The notes beneath the pieces are model-generated. The model was not told the origin of the DNA. It was given only the letters and a program-made list of their open reading frames with translations, and did no database searches. DNA of 64,000 nt, taken from the NCBI GenBank assembly GCA_002104905.1, contig MCFE01000085.1, positions 62,001-126,000 on the forward strand, written 5' to 3'. The translations under genes and the position numbers were made by a program. Shown in pieces: positions 63,801 to 64,000 of the stretch; within the stretch, counting starts at the first letter, position 1, and every line of letters begins with the position of its first letter. Source of the DNA: Basidiobolus meristosporus CBS 931.73. Its lineage: Eukaryota; Fungi; Basidiobolomycota.

Positions 63801-64000
63801 AGTGGGAAATAGTAAGCCCGAGATCGCCCCTTCCGTTGAAGAGGACGTTAAGCAGCTCATTTCAGACGTGAAACCCGATACGGAGTCGGAAGAAAAAGCT
63901 ACGCCTCAGGGTACTCCCGCAGCGACCAGTGAGAGTGAGAAACCCTCGGGTGATCAAGACGGAGTAGTGGCACCCACTCCATCGGAACCATCCAAAACTC
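57881..64000 (+). CDS. syj1: Synaptojanin-like phosphoinositide phosphatase (Sac1 domain + inositol 5-phosphatase + Pro/Ser-rich tail); incomplete at window edge
   Basis: [42 protein letters not shown] (CX5R), [45 protein letters not shown], followed by a PxxP-rich C-terminal region; more than 20 short introns. Confidence 0.95.

Noticed and set aside
62883-63860. Minus-strand ORFs in the synaptojanin tail
   Set aside because: Antisense shadows of the Pro/Ser-rich plus-strand exon.

Overview
Eukaryotic, intron-rich fungal-type DNA. An early-diverging fungus is an inference from the short GT-AG introns and gene content; it is not bacterial. The window has two sharply separated domains. (1) About 1-49,420 is a CpG-depleted pile of nested, decayed transposons. 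It holds eight copies of one uncharacterised CACTA/En-Spm-like DNA transposon family (CCCTA-type TIRs, a Tnp2-type transposase and a divergently oriented second ORF), three copies of a ~318-bp MITE with the same termini, a PIF/Harbinger/ISL2EU-type (DDE_Tnp_4) transposase between inverted arms, one structurally complete Ty1/copia element (26,340-31,007), many fragments of a second copia family, a chromodomain-bearing Ty3/gypsy element and several solo LTRs. (2) About 49,600-64,000 is CpG-normal gene space: an atypical protein kinase, a possible unknown gene, a MetR/CYS-3/Zip1-type bZIP, the farnesyltransferase beta subunit, and a synaptojanin-like Sac1 + 5-phosphatase gene that runs off the right edge. 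I saw no rRNA, tRNA or CRISPR. All alignments, translations and counts were done by eye. Boundaries not anchored by a TSD, TIR or splice site are approximate.
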